Source of the DNA: Gammaproteobacteria bacterium
Lineage (GTDB): Bacteria; Pseudomonadota; Gammaproteobacteria; Eutrophobiales; Eutrophobiaceae
Assembly: GCA_965222155.1 (NCBI GenBank)
Contig: CBDCTH010000012.1
Location: forward strand, 1,280,001 to 1,344,000
DNA: 64,000 nt
Direction: 5' to 3'
Position numbers and translations under genes: made by a program. A model generated the notes under the pieces. That model was not told the origin of the DNA. It saw nothing but the letters and a program-made list of their open reading frames with translations, and searched no databases. Positions 39,354 through 49,513 of this stretch are shown piece by piece (the first letter of the stretch is position 1; each line of letters begins with the position of its first letter).

Positions 39354-41153
39354 ATGTTCTATAAAATAACCGTGGCGGTGGTTTTTATGTTGCTTTTGGC
39401 GCCGCCGGCGCCAGCCCAGCACGAATTGGAAAAAAAGACGTGGAGGGAAATCGATTCAGCCCTCAAGCAAGGAATTAATACCGCTATCATTACAATTGGT
39501 TCGACTGAACAACATGGACCTCAACTGGCTCTGGCGGCCGACTCGGCCGCCGGCGACTGTCTGGCACGCGAGATTGCGGGACGGGTAGGGCAGGCCCTTA
39601 TTACGCCCAACATTCGACTCGGCATCGCCCCCCATCACATGAACTTCCCCGGTACAATCACCGTGCGCGCCCGGATACTTAAATCCCTCGTCTATGAATA
39701 CGTCCATAGTCTCGCATGGCATGGGTTTCGCCACATCGCCATTATCCCAACCCATGGCACTAACTTTGGTATGGCCGGGGAATTGGAAGCAGAACTTGGT
39801 AGACTCTATCCGCACACGAACATTTTTTCTTTTTCCGACGCCGAAGCCTACCTTGGGGCGCTTACCGATACTTCGAAACGTCTGGGTATCGATCTTGCAG
39901 AAGCAGGTTCTCACGCCGGCCTGGCAGAAACAGCAATGATGCTGGCCTGTCAACCGGAACTGGTTGATTTGGAGAACGCTGAACAGGGTTTTATGGGTAA
40001 TGCCTATGCGATGGGTGAAAAGCTCAACCGCGATGGTACTCATACAATCTCGCCGATAGGCGTCCTGGGAGATCCCCGGGGTGCGAGTGCCGAAGCAGGT
40101 AAAGAATATTTAAACAGCCTGGCTACGCTGCTTTCCACCTATGTCATGCAGCGGCGCAAGGGATGGATGCCAGGACTCCCGGGTAACCTGCCCTACGGCG
40201 GTCTGTCTGAGCCTGAAGGCAACCTGGCCGACGCCATCAAAGCGCGCCGGAGCGGAAACTTCGACACAGCCCGGCGACTGTTCAAGGAGAAACTGCGGGA
40301 ACAACCTGATGACCCCATGATACTTTTAGAAGTTGCCAGAACCGACACTCTTGAGAACAAGATTGCTAGCGCAAGGCAAAGTCTGGAGTCATTGCTTCTT
40401 AAAAGAACCAGCAATGAGACGTTAGAGAAAATTCACGACGAGTTGGCGCTGATTTCTGCATACCAGGGCAGGTTTTCTGAGGCCATAGAACACAAGCTTG
40501 AAGCTAAACGTCTTCGGGGTCTACGTAATGATGCGGAGGGTGAAGCGCATAAGCTTTTTTACGTCGCTTATTTTCAGGCGGAAACCGGTCGGGTCAACGA
40601 AGCACTCGACAGCTATCAGCAGGCACTGGAATTGGCGCGGGACACGAGTGATATAAATATTGATATTGAGCATTTAACCGGTTTGGCTATGATCAAATCA
40701 GGGCGGCTGCTCGATGCCGCCCAGCGTCTGCGGGTGATCGGTGACGCTGTTCGCGATCCTGAATACCAATCTCATATTCGTCGCTTCTATCACCTGAATG
40801 GCGAAATTCTTCTGCGACGCAACCGACCGGAAGATGCGGGCGTAAACTTTCGAGCTGCTTTAGAGATATATGACCATCCTTTATATCGTGAGAGTATGGC
40901 TCGAGCCAGATGGCAGGAAGGGGATTTAAAGGGTGCTGTTGCTGAACTGGAAACGTTGCTCGCCCTTACCGACCCCAGGTTGGACATTCCCATTCATTTT
41001 GTAAAGGCTCATTATCAACTGGGACAACTGCATGAACAGCTGGGTAATCGGGACCAGGCCCAGGATTGGTATCGCCGCTTTTTGCATTTCTGGGGGTCGA
41101 GTGATTTGGATCTTGAGGAAATCCAGGCGGCGCGAGAAAAAATTGCCGGGTAA
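39354..41153 (+). CDS. Creatininase-family amidohydrolase fused to TPR repeats, with signal peptide
   Basis: GSTEQHGPQL..AAD, HHMNFPGTI, THGTN, HAGLAET; C-terminal TPRs. Confidence 0.85.
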   Translation: MFYKITVAVVFMLLLAPPAPAQHELEKKTWREIDSALKQGINTAIITIGSTEQHGPQLALAADSAAGDCLAREIAGRVGQALITPNIRLGIAPHHMNFPGTITVRARILKSLVYEYVHSLAWHGFRHIAIIPTHGTNFGMAGELEAELGRLYPHTNIFSFSDAEAYLGALTDTSKRLGIDLAEAGSHAGLAETAMMLACQPELVDLENAEQGFMGNAYAMGEKLNRDGTHTISPIGVLGDPRGASAEAGKEYLNSLATLLSTYVMQRRKGWMPGLPGNLPYGGLSEPEGNLADAIKARRSGNFDTARRLFKEKLREQPDDPMILLEVARTDTLENKIASARQSLESLLLKRTSNETLEKIHDELALISAYQGRFSEAIEHKLEAKRLRGLRNDAEGEAHKLFYVAYFQAETGRVNEALDSYQQALELARDTSDINIDIEHLTGLAMIKSGRLLDAAQRLRVIGDAVRDPEYQSHIRRFYHLNGEILLRRNRPEDAGVNFRAALEIYDHPLYRESMARARWQEGDLKGAVAELETLLALTDPRLDIPIHFVKAHYQLGQLHEQLGNRDQAQDWYRRFLHFWGSSDLDLEEIQAAREKIAG

Positions 41154-41242
41154 TTTATTGATAGCTGGTCTGACTTGCGGGAGAAACCGCGATAAATCTT
41201 GCACCATCAATTACAAAAGCAAAAAACCACATTAAAAATTAT

Positions 41243-43195
41243 GTGGTTATTTTTGTTATTTTGCTGACAGGCAGTAGTAATCCTGTAGCGCAGGAGCAAA
41301 CTCGCGAGCAATCTGATAACAGTCCGGATCATGTACTGCCGGATAGTAGTATGTATGGATGGTCTACCTACGGCGGTTCTCCAGGAGGCGGTCAATATTC
41401 ACCACTCAGCCGGATTAATAGACATAACGTCGAAGGACTCAAGGTTGCCTGGGTATATCACAGTGGTGATGTATCGGACGGTACGGATGGTACTGCCGTC
41501 ACTCCTCTGGAGGTAAATCCCATTCTGGCCAATGGCAGGCTTTATATTTGCACGCCATTTAATCGTATCGTCGCGTTGGATGCGGGAACGGGAACCGAGG
41601 CGTGGAGCTATGATCCAGAAATAGATAAAGAGAATACTTATTCAAAAGGCAGTTATTGCAGGGGTGTGGCGTATTGGTCTGAATCTACAACAAATAATCA
41701 GGAAGACGCTTGCAATAAACGCGTGTTAAGCGGTATTGGTGACGGGCGTTTGATTGCAGTTGATGCGGATACGGGCAGGACCTGCAGTGACTTTGGAAAT
41801 AACGGTCAAATCGATTTAAATACGTTTGACTATCATGGTGAGGGCAGTATATCCCTGACTTCACCACCGGCAATTTACCAGGATGTTGTTATTGTTGGAT
41901 CTACAATCCTTGATGGCGAATGGGCGAACGCCCCGGATGGTATAGTCAGGGGATTTGATGTACGCAGCGGTCAGGAGTTATGGAGCTGGAACCCGATTCC
42001 GGAACAATTGCGTGACACTCTCGGAGGAGCAAATACATGGGCGCCGATATCAATTGACAGCAAACGCGGCTGGGTCTTTTTGCCGACCGGCAGCCCCAGC
42101 CATGATCCGTATGGATTAAACCGATCTGAAGCTATTCCTCATGGTAATGCTGTAGTGGTGTTGGACGCCCTGACGGGCGAGGAGATCTGGTCGTACCAGA
42201 CGCTGCACCACGATCTGTGGGATTACGATCTACCGTCTATGCCGGCCCTGGTTGAGCTGAACCACAATGGCAGTAAGGTGGAGGCTGTTCTGCAGGCGAC
42301 GAAAACCGGCTTCTTGTTTGTATTGGACAGGTCGACGGGACGGCCATTGTTCCCTGTGAAAGAAATGAAGGTTCCGCAATCGGACGTGGAGGGCGAGAAA
42401 TCTTCGCCTACTCAACCGGTTCCACAAGTGCCGCCACCGTTTACAGCGCAAACCATCATGGCAGATGATGCCTGGGGGCTGACATTCTGGGACAAAAAAC
42501 AGTGTCGCAACAAGATCCTGGCATTAAGAAATGAGGGTTTATTCACACCACCCGGTGTCCATGGCTCTGTGCTTTATCCTTCTGTTTCCGGAGGCAGTAA
42601 CTGGGGAGGAGTTGCCTATGATCCGGAATCCGGTCTGGCAGTTATTAACTCCACGAATATTCTGACGTCACAAAAACTGGTGCCCCGTAAAGAATTTGAG
42701 GCGTCAGGTGACTCACAAAATAAAGCCGGGCGCTCAATCGCCTTGATGCCCGGGACGCCGTTCGTATGGATACGGGAAACTCTGACATCCGGTTTCGGTA
42801 TCCCGTGTAATCCTCCTCCATGGGGTAATTTAACTGCAATCGATACTTCCACCGGGAAAATACATTGGCAAATTCCTTTCGGACGCAAACCGTTCGGATT
42901 CGGGTTGTTTCATACGCCGCGAAGCTGGGGTTCACCTAATCAAGGTGGACCGATCATTACCAAAGGAGGACTGATTTTTATCGGGGCAAGTCTTGATAAC
43001 CGGATCCGGGCATACGATCTTTACTCGGGTGAAGAATTATGGAGTGCGGAGCTTCCTGCACCCGCTAATGCCACGCCCATGACCTATTTTCATAGTGAGA
43101 GCAACCGGCAATTTATTGTTATTGCGGCGGGTGGTTACCCTACCTTTAAAACTGAATTGAGTGACGCTATCGTAGCTTTTACATTACCTGAATAA
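41243..43195 (+). CDS. PQQ-dependent dehydrogenase (glucose/quinate/shikimate family)
   Basis: YSPL..IN..NV, CRGVAYW, HHDLWDYDLPS, PCNPPPWG, GGPIITKGGLIF. Confidence 0.9.
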   Translation: MVIFVILLTGSSNPVAQEQTREQSDNSPDHVLPDSSMYGWSTYGGSPGGGQYSPLSRINRHNVEGLKVAWVYHSGDVSDGTDGTAVTPLEVNPILANGRLYICTPFNRIVALDAGTGTEAWSYDPEIDKENTYSKGSYCRGVAYWSESTTNNQEDACNKRVLSGIGDGRLIAVDADTGRTCSDFGNNGQIDLNTFDYHGEGSISLTSPPAIYQDVVIVGSTILDGEWANAPDGIVRGFDVRSGQELWSWNPIPEQLRDTLGGANTWAPISIDSKRGWVFLPTGSPSHDPYGLNRSEAIPHGNAVVVLDALTGEEIWSYQTLHHDLWDYDLPSMPALVELNHNGSKVEAVLQATKTGFLFVLDRSTGRPLFPVKEMKVPQSDVEGEKSSPTQPVPQVPPPFTAQTIMADDAWGLTFWDKKQCRNKILALRNEGLFTPPGVHGSVLYPSVSGGSNWGGVAYDPESGLAVINSTNILTSQKLVPRKEFEASGDSQNKAGRSIALMPGTPFVWIRETLTSGFGIPCNPPPWGNLTAIDTSTGKIHWQIPFGRKPFGFGLFHTPRSWGSPNQGGPIITKGGLIFIGASLDNRIRAYDLYSGEELWSAELPAPANATPMTYFHSESNRQFIVIAAGGYPTFKTELSDAIVAFTLPE

Positions 43196-43528
43196 TTATT
43201 ATCGTTCTCAAATCAGTCGGAGCGATTGCGATCCCGACCGCGACGATCGCAGCCATCCAGCCCCCGCCCGTTATGATTCGATCAACATCTCACGTGCGCG
43301 TTGCAGTTCGGCGAGCGCGTCTCGGGTAAGACCGGCCCGCGAGATAGTTGCTTCCCGAGCACTGTGTATGAGCTCCTCCGCCCTGCGCAATCTCCCCACC
43401 GCCAGCGGATGGAGATTCACGCCGTCGAGAACGATGATGGCGTCTTCCGTATGATATGAGCCAAATAATAGTTATAATCGGCTCATTTTTAAATGTATAA
43501 TGAGATGAATAGAGATTATAATCGGCTC

Positions 43529-44647
43529 ATGAAATATAACTGGCAGCAATCAGATTGGCCACGGTTTACCTATACGCTAGGGGAAGCGGAGGACATACTC
43601 TTTGAGTTTACTGAAAGGGTAGGCCGTATAAGTGGCCTGCTGGAAGGTCTGCCTGAAAACATCAAGACAGAAACCATGATCGACATAATGGTCTCTGAAG
43701 CGATTAAAACGTCGGAGATAGAAGGGGAATATTTAAGCCGTGAAGATGTCAGGTCTTCTATATGTAATCAGTTGGGTATTACCCAAACCCAGGAGCAAGT
43801 ACGTGATCAAAGGGCTAATGGAGCAGGTCAACTTATAATTACTATACGTAGGGACTATGCAAGAAGGCTTACAAAAAAAATGCTCATGGATTGGCATAAA
43901 ATGCTGATGCAAGGGAGTAAAGGCATCACTATTGGGAAATGGCGTACCCATGAAGAGCCAATGCAAGTGATCACCGGCCCAATGGGTAGAGAAAAGGTCC
44001 ATTTTGAAGCACCGCCTTCTGCCGTTGTCCCAGATGAAATGCAACGCTTTATTAATTGGTTCAATAAAACGACTCCCGGAGGCCCACAGGGAATCAACAA
44101 GCCACCGGTTAGAGCAGGTATTGCCCATCTCTATTTTGAGAGTATCCATCCGTTTGAAGATGGCAATGGCCGAATTGGCAGGGCCATTTCGGAAAAAGCC
44201 TTACTGCAAGGAATAGGGCGTCCTGCTTTATTCAGCTTGTCCAAGACCATAGAGGCTGAAAGAAGGGCTTATTATGATGCGTTAAAATCAGCGCAGCGAT
44301 CTAATGATATCACTGCATGGATAGAATATTTTATGCAAACGTGTTTGGATGCCCAGGTTCAGACTGAAGAACTTATTAATTTCACGCTCAAAAAAACCAG
44401 GTTCTTTGATTATTTTAGAGATCAGTTGAATGAACGCCAGTTACGAATTGTTCAACGTATGTTAAAAGAAGGGCCGCAAGGTTTTGAGGGAGGTATGAGC
44501 GCAAAAAAATATATCAGCATTACAAAAACCTCTAAGGCGACTGCGACCAGGGATTTACAGGACTTGGTAAAAAAGAGCGTCCTCAAGCCTAAGGGTGGTG
44601 GCCGTAGTAGCGCTTATGAAGTGAATTTGAATGTTGAAATACCTTAA
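43529..44647 (+). CDS. Fic family protein (DUF4172 N-terminus, C-terminal wHTH)
   Basis: HPFEDGNGRIGR motif; YNWQQSDWP start; SKATATRDL end. Confidence 0.92.
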   Translation: MKYNWQQSDWPRFTYTLGEAEDILFEFTERVGRISGLLEGLPENIKTETMIDIMVSEAIKTSEIEGEYLSREDVRSSICNQLGITQTQEQVRDQRANGAGQLIITIRRDYARRLTKKMLMDWHKMLMQGSKGITIGKWRTHEEPMQVITGPMGREKVHFEAPPSAVVPDEMQRFINWFNKTTPGGPQGINKPPVRAGIAHLYFESIHPFEDGNGRIGRAISEKALLQGIGRPALFSLSKTIEAERRAYYDALKSAQRSNDITAWIEYFMQTCLDAQVQTEELINFTLKKTRFFDYFRDQLNERQLRIVQRMLKEGPQGFEGGMSAKKYISITKTSKATATRDLQDLVKKSVLKPKGGGRSSAYEVNLNVEIP

Positions 44648-44991
44648 TTAGAAGCAAGTTAAATACATGGTGCGGGTGGTCGTAACTTCTCAATAACCTC
44701 GTACATTTTCCTGGGAGCGAGGGCAAGATACCATCGTTCCGGGAGAAGACCCGACACTCGAACAAGCGATTCAAGACCGTGTTCAATGGGCGAGGTCAGT
44801 TCATGAGAGTGACGACATGCCCGCTTTTGAACGTTGCCAGTCCGGTATCCGTAGCCCATTTTATGAGCAAGGCAGATTGTCCGTCCCTTACGAACGTTGC
44901 CTCTGGGAATTTAACCAATGGTGGGCGGAACAATTAGGTGAGCGAATCTTGGAAGGATAGGAAAATCTATCCGCATCCTCTTGAAAACCGG

Positions 44992-45003
44992 ATGTAATTA
45001 CAT
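44992..45003. promoter_or_regulatory. Palindromic operator upstream of mazE-like gene
   Basis: ATGTAATTACAT perfect palindrome. Confidence 0.5.
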
Positions 45004-45044
45004 TATGCTTACTTAAAGTCGTTTAATGTACAAGGATCAAAATC

Positions 45045-45299
45045 ATGGTTCACTTAGTTAAAATTGGTAATTCGCAGGGTATCAGGATTCCGAAACCACT
45101 CGTAGAACAAGCTCAGCTGGAAGGGAAAGAGCTTAAATTACAGGTAGTCAGCAACGGTCTCCTGGTTACTCCGAATAACAGGGCCAGAGAAGGCTGGAAA
45201 GAATCCATTGAGGCAGCAATAGCTACACATGGTGTTGAAGTAATAGATAATGCATGGTTGGATGCAACATTAACATCCGATGAAGAATTGGAATGGTAA
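45045..45299 (+). CDS. AbrB/MazE-family antitoxin
   Basis: KIGNSQGIRIPK. Confidence 0.88.
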   Translation: MVHLVKIGNSQGIRIPKPLVEQAQLEGKELKLQVVSNGLLVTPNNRAREGWKESIEAAIATHGVEVIDNAWLDATLTSDEELEW

Positions 45300-45622
45300 T
45301 GCCGGAAATTGCCCGCTTCCAGATCTGGCTCATAAAGCTTACTCCGACCCAGGGCAGAGAAATCGGTAAAACAAGGCCATGTATCGTGATTTCACCCAAT
45401 GAAATGGCTGCATTATCTACTGTGCTGGTAGCTCCAATGACAACAAAGGGGTTTCATTTATCCTGTCGAGTCAGGTGTGAATTTCAAGGGAAGGAAGGGA
45501 TGATCCTCCTGGATCAAATCAGGGCGGTTGATAAATCAAGATTAGTAAAAAAACTGGGTGTTATTGATGAGACTGCTCAGAAGGAGTCGTGTAGGCGCCT
45601 CCAGGAATTATTTGCGTACTGA
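45293..45622 (+). CDS. MazF/PemK-family endoribonuclease toxin
   Basis: L.PTQGREIGKTRPCIVISP...APMTT...DQIRAVDKSRL. Confidence 0.9.
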   Translation: MVMPEIARFQIWLIKLTPTQGREIGKTRPCIVISPNEMAALSTVLVAPMTTKGFHLSCRVRCEFQGKEGMILLDQIRAVDKSRLVKKLGVIDETAQKESCRRLQELFAY

Positions 45623-45748
45623 ACTGGTGGTTTCAGGCCGTGACTGCCCATACCGATGGCATGGTTAACAGATTATACCGGAGACCTTGCTAACACTTTC
45701 GCCATGAAGGGATTACCTGTCAGGGAAGTTTGCGCTATACTCTCTCAT

Positions 45749-46102
45749 ATGGGTAAATGTAGCCGACTGATGCTGTTTATTACGCTATTCTCACTCGTCT
45801 TTCAGGTCCCCGCAGGCGTATTTGAATTTTGTTCCCAGACTTCCCGCGAGAACTCCCGGTTTGAAAACCAAAAAGACGTAACAAATATAACAGTGAATTG
45901 TCACCAGACCGAGGCCGACAAGAACAATTCAACTGAAATCTGCGTTGCCCAGCATTGCTGTATCGGCGCCGGCGTCTCCGCCATGTTCCAACTTGATGGC
46001 ACGGGGCCGAATACCAATAGTACGCTCATCGCTTACTTTGGTAACGCCTACCCTTATTCTCGTCTGGACAGTATTTTCCATCCCCCAAAACTTCTCCTGT
46101 AG
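45749..46102 (+). CDS. Small exported Cys/His protein with C-terminal PP motif (CutF/DUF2946-like)
   Basis: Signal peptide, CVAQHCC, ends IFHPPKLLL; directly upstream of the multicopper oxidase. Confidence 0.55.
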   Translation: MGKCSRLMLFITLFSLVFQVPAGVFEFCSQTSRENSRFENQKDVTNITVNCHQTEADKNNSTEICVAQHCCIGAGVSAMFQLDGTGPNTNSTLIAYFGNAYPYSRLDSIFHPPKLLL

Positions 46103-46237
46103 CTCGTCTGTCTCAACAGAGAGTGCGGGCAGTTCTGTTTGATCCGGACGCGTACCCCTTGCGGGGGATATGCCAGGTCAATCCTGTATGGCCTTTGCGT
46201 AAAGGGTCAACCTGTCACATATACGGGGATATAATTT

Positions 46238-48259
46238 ATGCACAAGTTTTTGTTATCCGTACTGCTATGGCACATCCTGTCTGTGCCGTGCGGAAGTATG
46301 GCTGATATGGTCAGTCATGAGTTTGATATCGACTACCTGGATGTCAACGTTACCGGCAAACCGGTGCGTGCCATGGTGATCGATGGCAACATTCCCGGCC
46401 CGACGATACAGGCAAACCTGAATGACACGCTTAAAATTACCTTTAATAACCGGATGGACGTCGAGACTTCCATCCACTGGCATGGTGTTCTCCTGCCGAA
46501 CGATCAGGATGGCGTGCCGTACCTGACAACAGCGCCGATTGCAGCCGGAGGATCGTTAACCTTTGAATACCCCGTCACCCATTCCGGCACCTACTGGTAT
46601 CACGCCCACACCGGGTTACAGGAGCAGCGTGGACTTTATGGCGCGCTGGTATTTCACAACCCGGCAGAGACCTATCATTACGATACGGAACTGGTCCTGG
46701 TCTTGTCGGATTGGACCGATGAACACCCGGGAACGGTGCTGAGGAATCTCAAACGTGAAGCTGATTATTATGCGCTGAAAAAAAATACCGTCCAGTCCTG
46801 GCAGGGTGTGATGCAAAACGGCAGGCAGGCGCTGAAAAACAGGATCAATAGCGCCTTGATTCGTATGGGTCCCATGGACCTGTCCGACGTAGGTTATGAT
46901 GCGTTCCTGATCAATGGAAAACAAAGCCTGCATAATACTGAAATCAGACCGGGCGAGAGGGTCAGGCTCAGGATAATCAATGCTTCGGCTTCCAGTTATT
47001 TTCACGTCGAGTTCAGCGGTGGCGACATGACCCTGATAGAGGCGGACGGCGTGGCCGTCGTGGACAGAACCGTCGAGAGGTTGCGGCTGGCAACGGCTGA
47101 AACCTATGACGTAATCATTGAGATGCGCGCCGATAAACGTTATGAGCTGCGGGCAACGGCGGAAGACGGCTCAGGGTATGCCTCCTATTACCTGGGTTCG
47201 GGTGAACCGGTTCCCGTTCTCCCTGCGATAAAACCCAATCTTTACCTGGTGGGGCATGAAAGCCATAGTCGCAGGCGCGGTAAAACAGTTCACGCTGACC
47301 GGCATGGTTCCATGCACGGTACCAGCGAATATGCCGGTTTGAGGGCGAAAAACCCGACTTCTTTTGATGCGGAACGGAAAACCAGGGAAATAGCCCTGCG
47401 GTTAACCGGGAGCATGGATAGATATACCTGGTCGTTCGATGATAAAACCCTGACCGAGGTCGACAAGATCAGGATCAAAAAGGGTGAGGTTGTACGTTTC
47501 AAGTTAATCAATGAGACGATGATGCACCATCCCATCCATTTGCATGGTCATTTCTTCCGGGTACTGAATGGTGAGCATGATTACGCGCCGTTAAAACATA
47601 CGGTCAATGTGCCACCATTGGATACGGTCATTATTGAATTCGCCGCTGACGAGGAAAAGGACTGGTTTTTTCATTGTCACAACCTGTATCACATGAAGAG
47701 CGGCATGGCGCGGGTGGTGAGTTATTTGCCTGCCGGGGAAGATGATTATCGCAATTCAAGGTACTACCGGTATCACGTTGAAAACGACGATCCCTGGTAT
47801 CGCTTTGCGGATACGTCGTTTCAATCCGATATGATGGCCGGGCGGTTATGGGCGTACAACCGGCGCAATGGTGTTGAGGTGGCGTATGACTACGATTACG
47901 AGGATGAATACGATGTTGAGGTAAGTTACCTAAGACAAATAACGCGCTTCTTATCACTGTATGCAGGCGCCAACTTTGAACGGGACGAATCCGATACCGA
48001 CGACCTTGTAGTAGCGGGCGTAAACTACACGTTGCCGCTGTTAATTGATTCAGAGTTACGCATCGACAGCGACGGTCATTTCCGCTTGGAACTGGAAAGC
48101 GGTCTTCAATTGACGAACCGGCTTCGATTTGATTGGAACTGGAATACCGAAGATGAGTACCGGGTCCGGTTTTCCTATGAAATCAATAAGAAGATGGCCA
48201 TTACCGGCGGGTATGATTCAGATTTCAAGTCCGGGGCAGGGTTTGAGTATCGGTATTAA
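46238..48259 (+). CDS. Multicopper oxidase (CopA-like) with C-terminal beta-rich domain
   Basis: SIHWHG, YWYHAH, HPIHLHGH and HCHNLYHM copper ligands. Confidence 0.92.
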   Translation: MHKFLLSVLLWHILSVPCGSMADMVSHEFDIDYLDVNVTGKPVRAMVIDGNIPGPTIQANLNDTLKITFNNRMDVETSIHWHGVLLPNDQDGVPYLTTAPIAAGGSLTFEYPVTHSGTYWYHAHTGLQEQRGLYGALVFHNPAETYHYDTELVLVLSDWTDEHPGTVLRNLKREADYYALKKNTVQSWQGVMQNGRQALKNRINSALIRMGPMDLSDVGYDAFLINGKQSLHNTEIRPGERVRLRIINASASSYFHVEFSGGDMTLIEADGVAVVDRTVERLRLATAETYDVIIEMRADKRYELRATAEDGSGYASYYLGSGEPVPVLPAIKPNLYLVGHESHSRRRGKTVHADRHGSMHGTSEYAGLRAKNPTSFDAERKTREIALRLTGSMDRYTWSFDDKTLTEVDKIRIKKGEVVRFKLINETMMHHPIHLHGHFFRVLNGEHDYAPLKHTVNVPPLDTVIIEFAADEEKDWFFHCHNLYHMKSGMARVVSYLPAGEDDYRNSRYYRYHVENDDPWYRFADTSFQSDMMAGRLWAYNRRNGVEVAYDYDYEDEYDVEVSYLRQITRFLSLYAGANFERDESDTDDLVVAGVNYTLPLLIDSELRIDSDGHFRLELESGLQLTNRLRFDWNWNTEDEYRVRFSYEINKKMAITGGYDSDFKSGAGFEYRY

Positions 48260-48348
48260 AATCAATTGAAGTCCGCGGTTCCTCCTTAAATCGAAGCGAA
48301 TCGAAGCGAATTGATAATCTGTAGCCGTATGACTACAATATTATTATC

Positions 48349-48636
48349 ATGGAGCTTCATAAAACGGACGTTTATGCCAGCTGGCTTGACGGCTTGCGGG
48401 ATATCCGTGCCAGGGCTCGTGTACAGGCACGGGCCGAACACTTAGCTGCTGGAAATTCGGGAGACGCAAGGCCTGTAAGCGAAGGTGTTTCAGAATTACG
48501 AATTGATTACGGCCCAGGTTATCGCGTGTACTACAAAAAACAAGGCCAAAGAATAATTGTTTTATTGGCAGGTGGTATCAAACGCGCACAAACCAGTGAC
48601 ATCAAGAGGGCCTTGAGTCTGGCTCAAAATTTGTAA
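48349..48636 (+). CDS. RelE/ParE-like addiction module killer protein
   Basis: GVSELRIDYGPGYRVYY...LLAGG.K..Q..DI. Confidence 0.88.
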   Translation: MELHKTDVYASWLDGLRDIRARARVQARAEHLAAGNSGDARPVSEGVSELRIDYGPGYRVYYKKQGQRIIVLLAGGIKRAQTSDIKRALSLAQNL

Positions 48637-48645
48637 GTATGCAAA

Positions 48646-48984
48646 ATGACTAAAACTGTTACTTCTCCTTACGACGTGGCCGAGCACCTTCGCACACCGG
48701 AGGAAATGGCTGCCTACCTGGATGCCTGCCTGGAGGAAGCGGACGGGGATGCTGCATTCATTGCGAAGGGACTGGGCGATATCGCTCGTGCCAAGGGTAT
48801 GTCCCAGGTGGCGTATGATGCAGGCTTATCCCGCGAAAGTCTTTACAAGGCACTTTCCGGGCAACGTTGTCCCACGTTTGACACAATCCTCAAGGTCGTT
48901 CGCGCATTGGGCTTGAAGCTGAACGCTGAAGCTGTACACCCAGCCAATTCAACTGTTCAGCAAACAGTGTCAACTGATCGCTGA
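48646..48984 (+). CDS. Addiction module antidote protein (HTH)
   Basis: YDVAEHL.T.E..AAYL...GMSQVA..AGLSRESLYKALS. Confidence 0.88.
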   Translation: MTKTVTSPYDVAEHLRTPEEMAAYLDACLEEADGDAAFIAKGLGDIARAKGMSQVAYDAGLSRESLYKALSGQRCPTFDTILKVVRALGLKLNAEAVHPANSTVQQTVSTDR

Positions 48985-49513
48985 ATTCTTCAAATTCAAC
49001 CGTATCCCATTCTGATTTATTCACGGGCTTTGCTTGATTTTCGGTGTTGTAAAAGCATCAGGACACCTTTTTCAAGCAGTCGCAGATATTTGTCTGCTTG
49101 AGATTTATCCCAGTTCTAATTTGTATGACGCCAAATTTGTGCTACATCCTGGTCGGTTATTGGAGTGAGTCTGTACCTGGTCTTCATATCCGTCCCTAGT
49201 CAGAAATGGTTTAGTGGACTATAGCGAAGAACGGGGCACCTCAAGGTAGAAGTCATTTAAGAATCTGGACCGAAGATTAGGAGTGTCTCAATGCAGACAG
49301 TCACTATGCGAACAATAAATGTTCTATCTCTATGATGTAGTTGATTGTTGAATTGACTGACTTTAAATAAAAAAGTGTGCGTATTTAAGGGTAAAATCAG
49401 GAATAATCACTTCGTTAACTGACAAGGAGCTTCAACCGGACATTTTTCGCGGCGTTCTGAATTTGTCGGTGAATGAGGCATTACTCGCAAAACAATTTCA
49501 AACCGGAGAGTAA

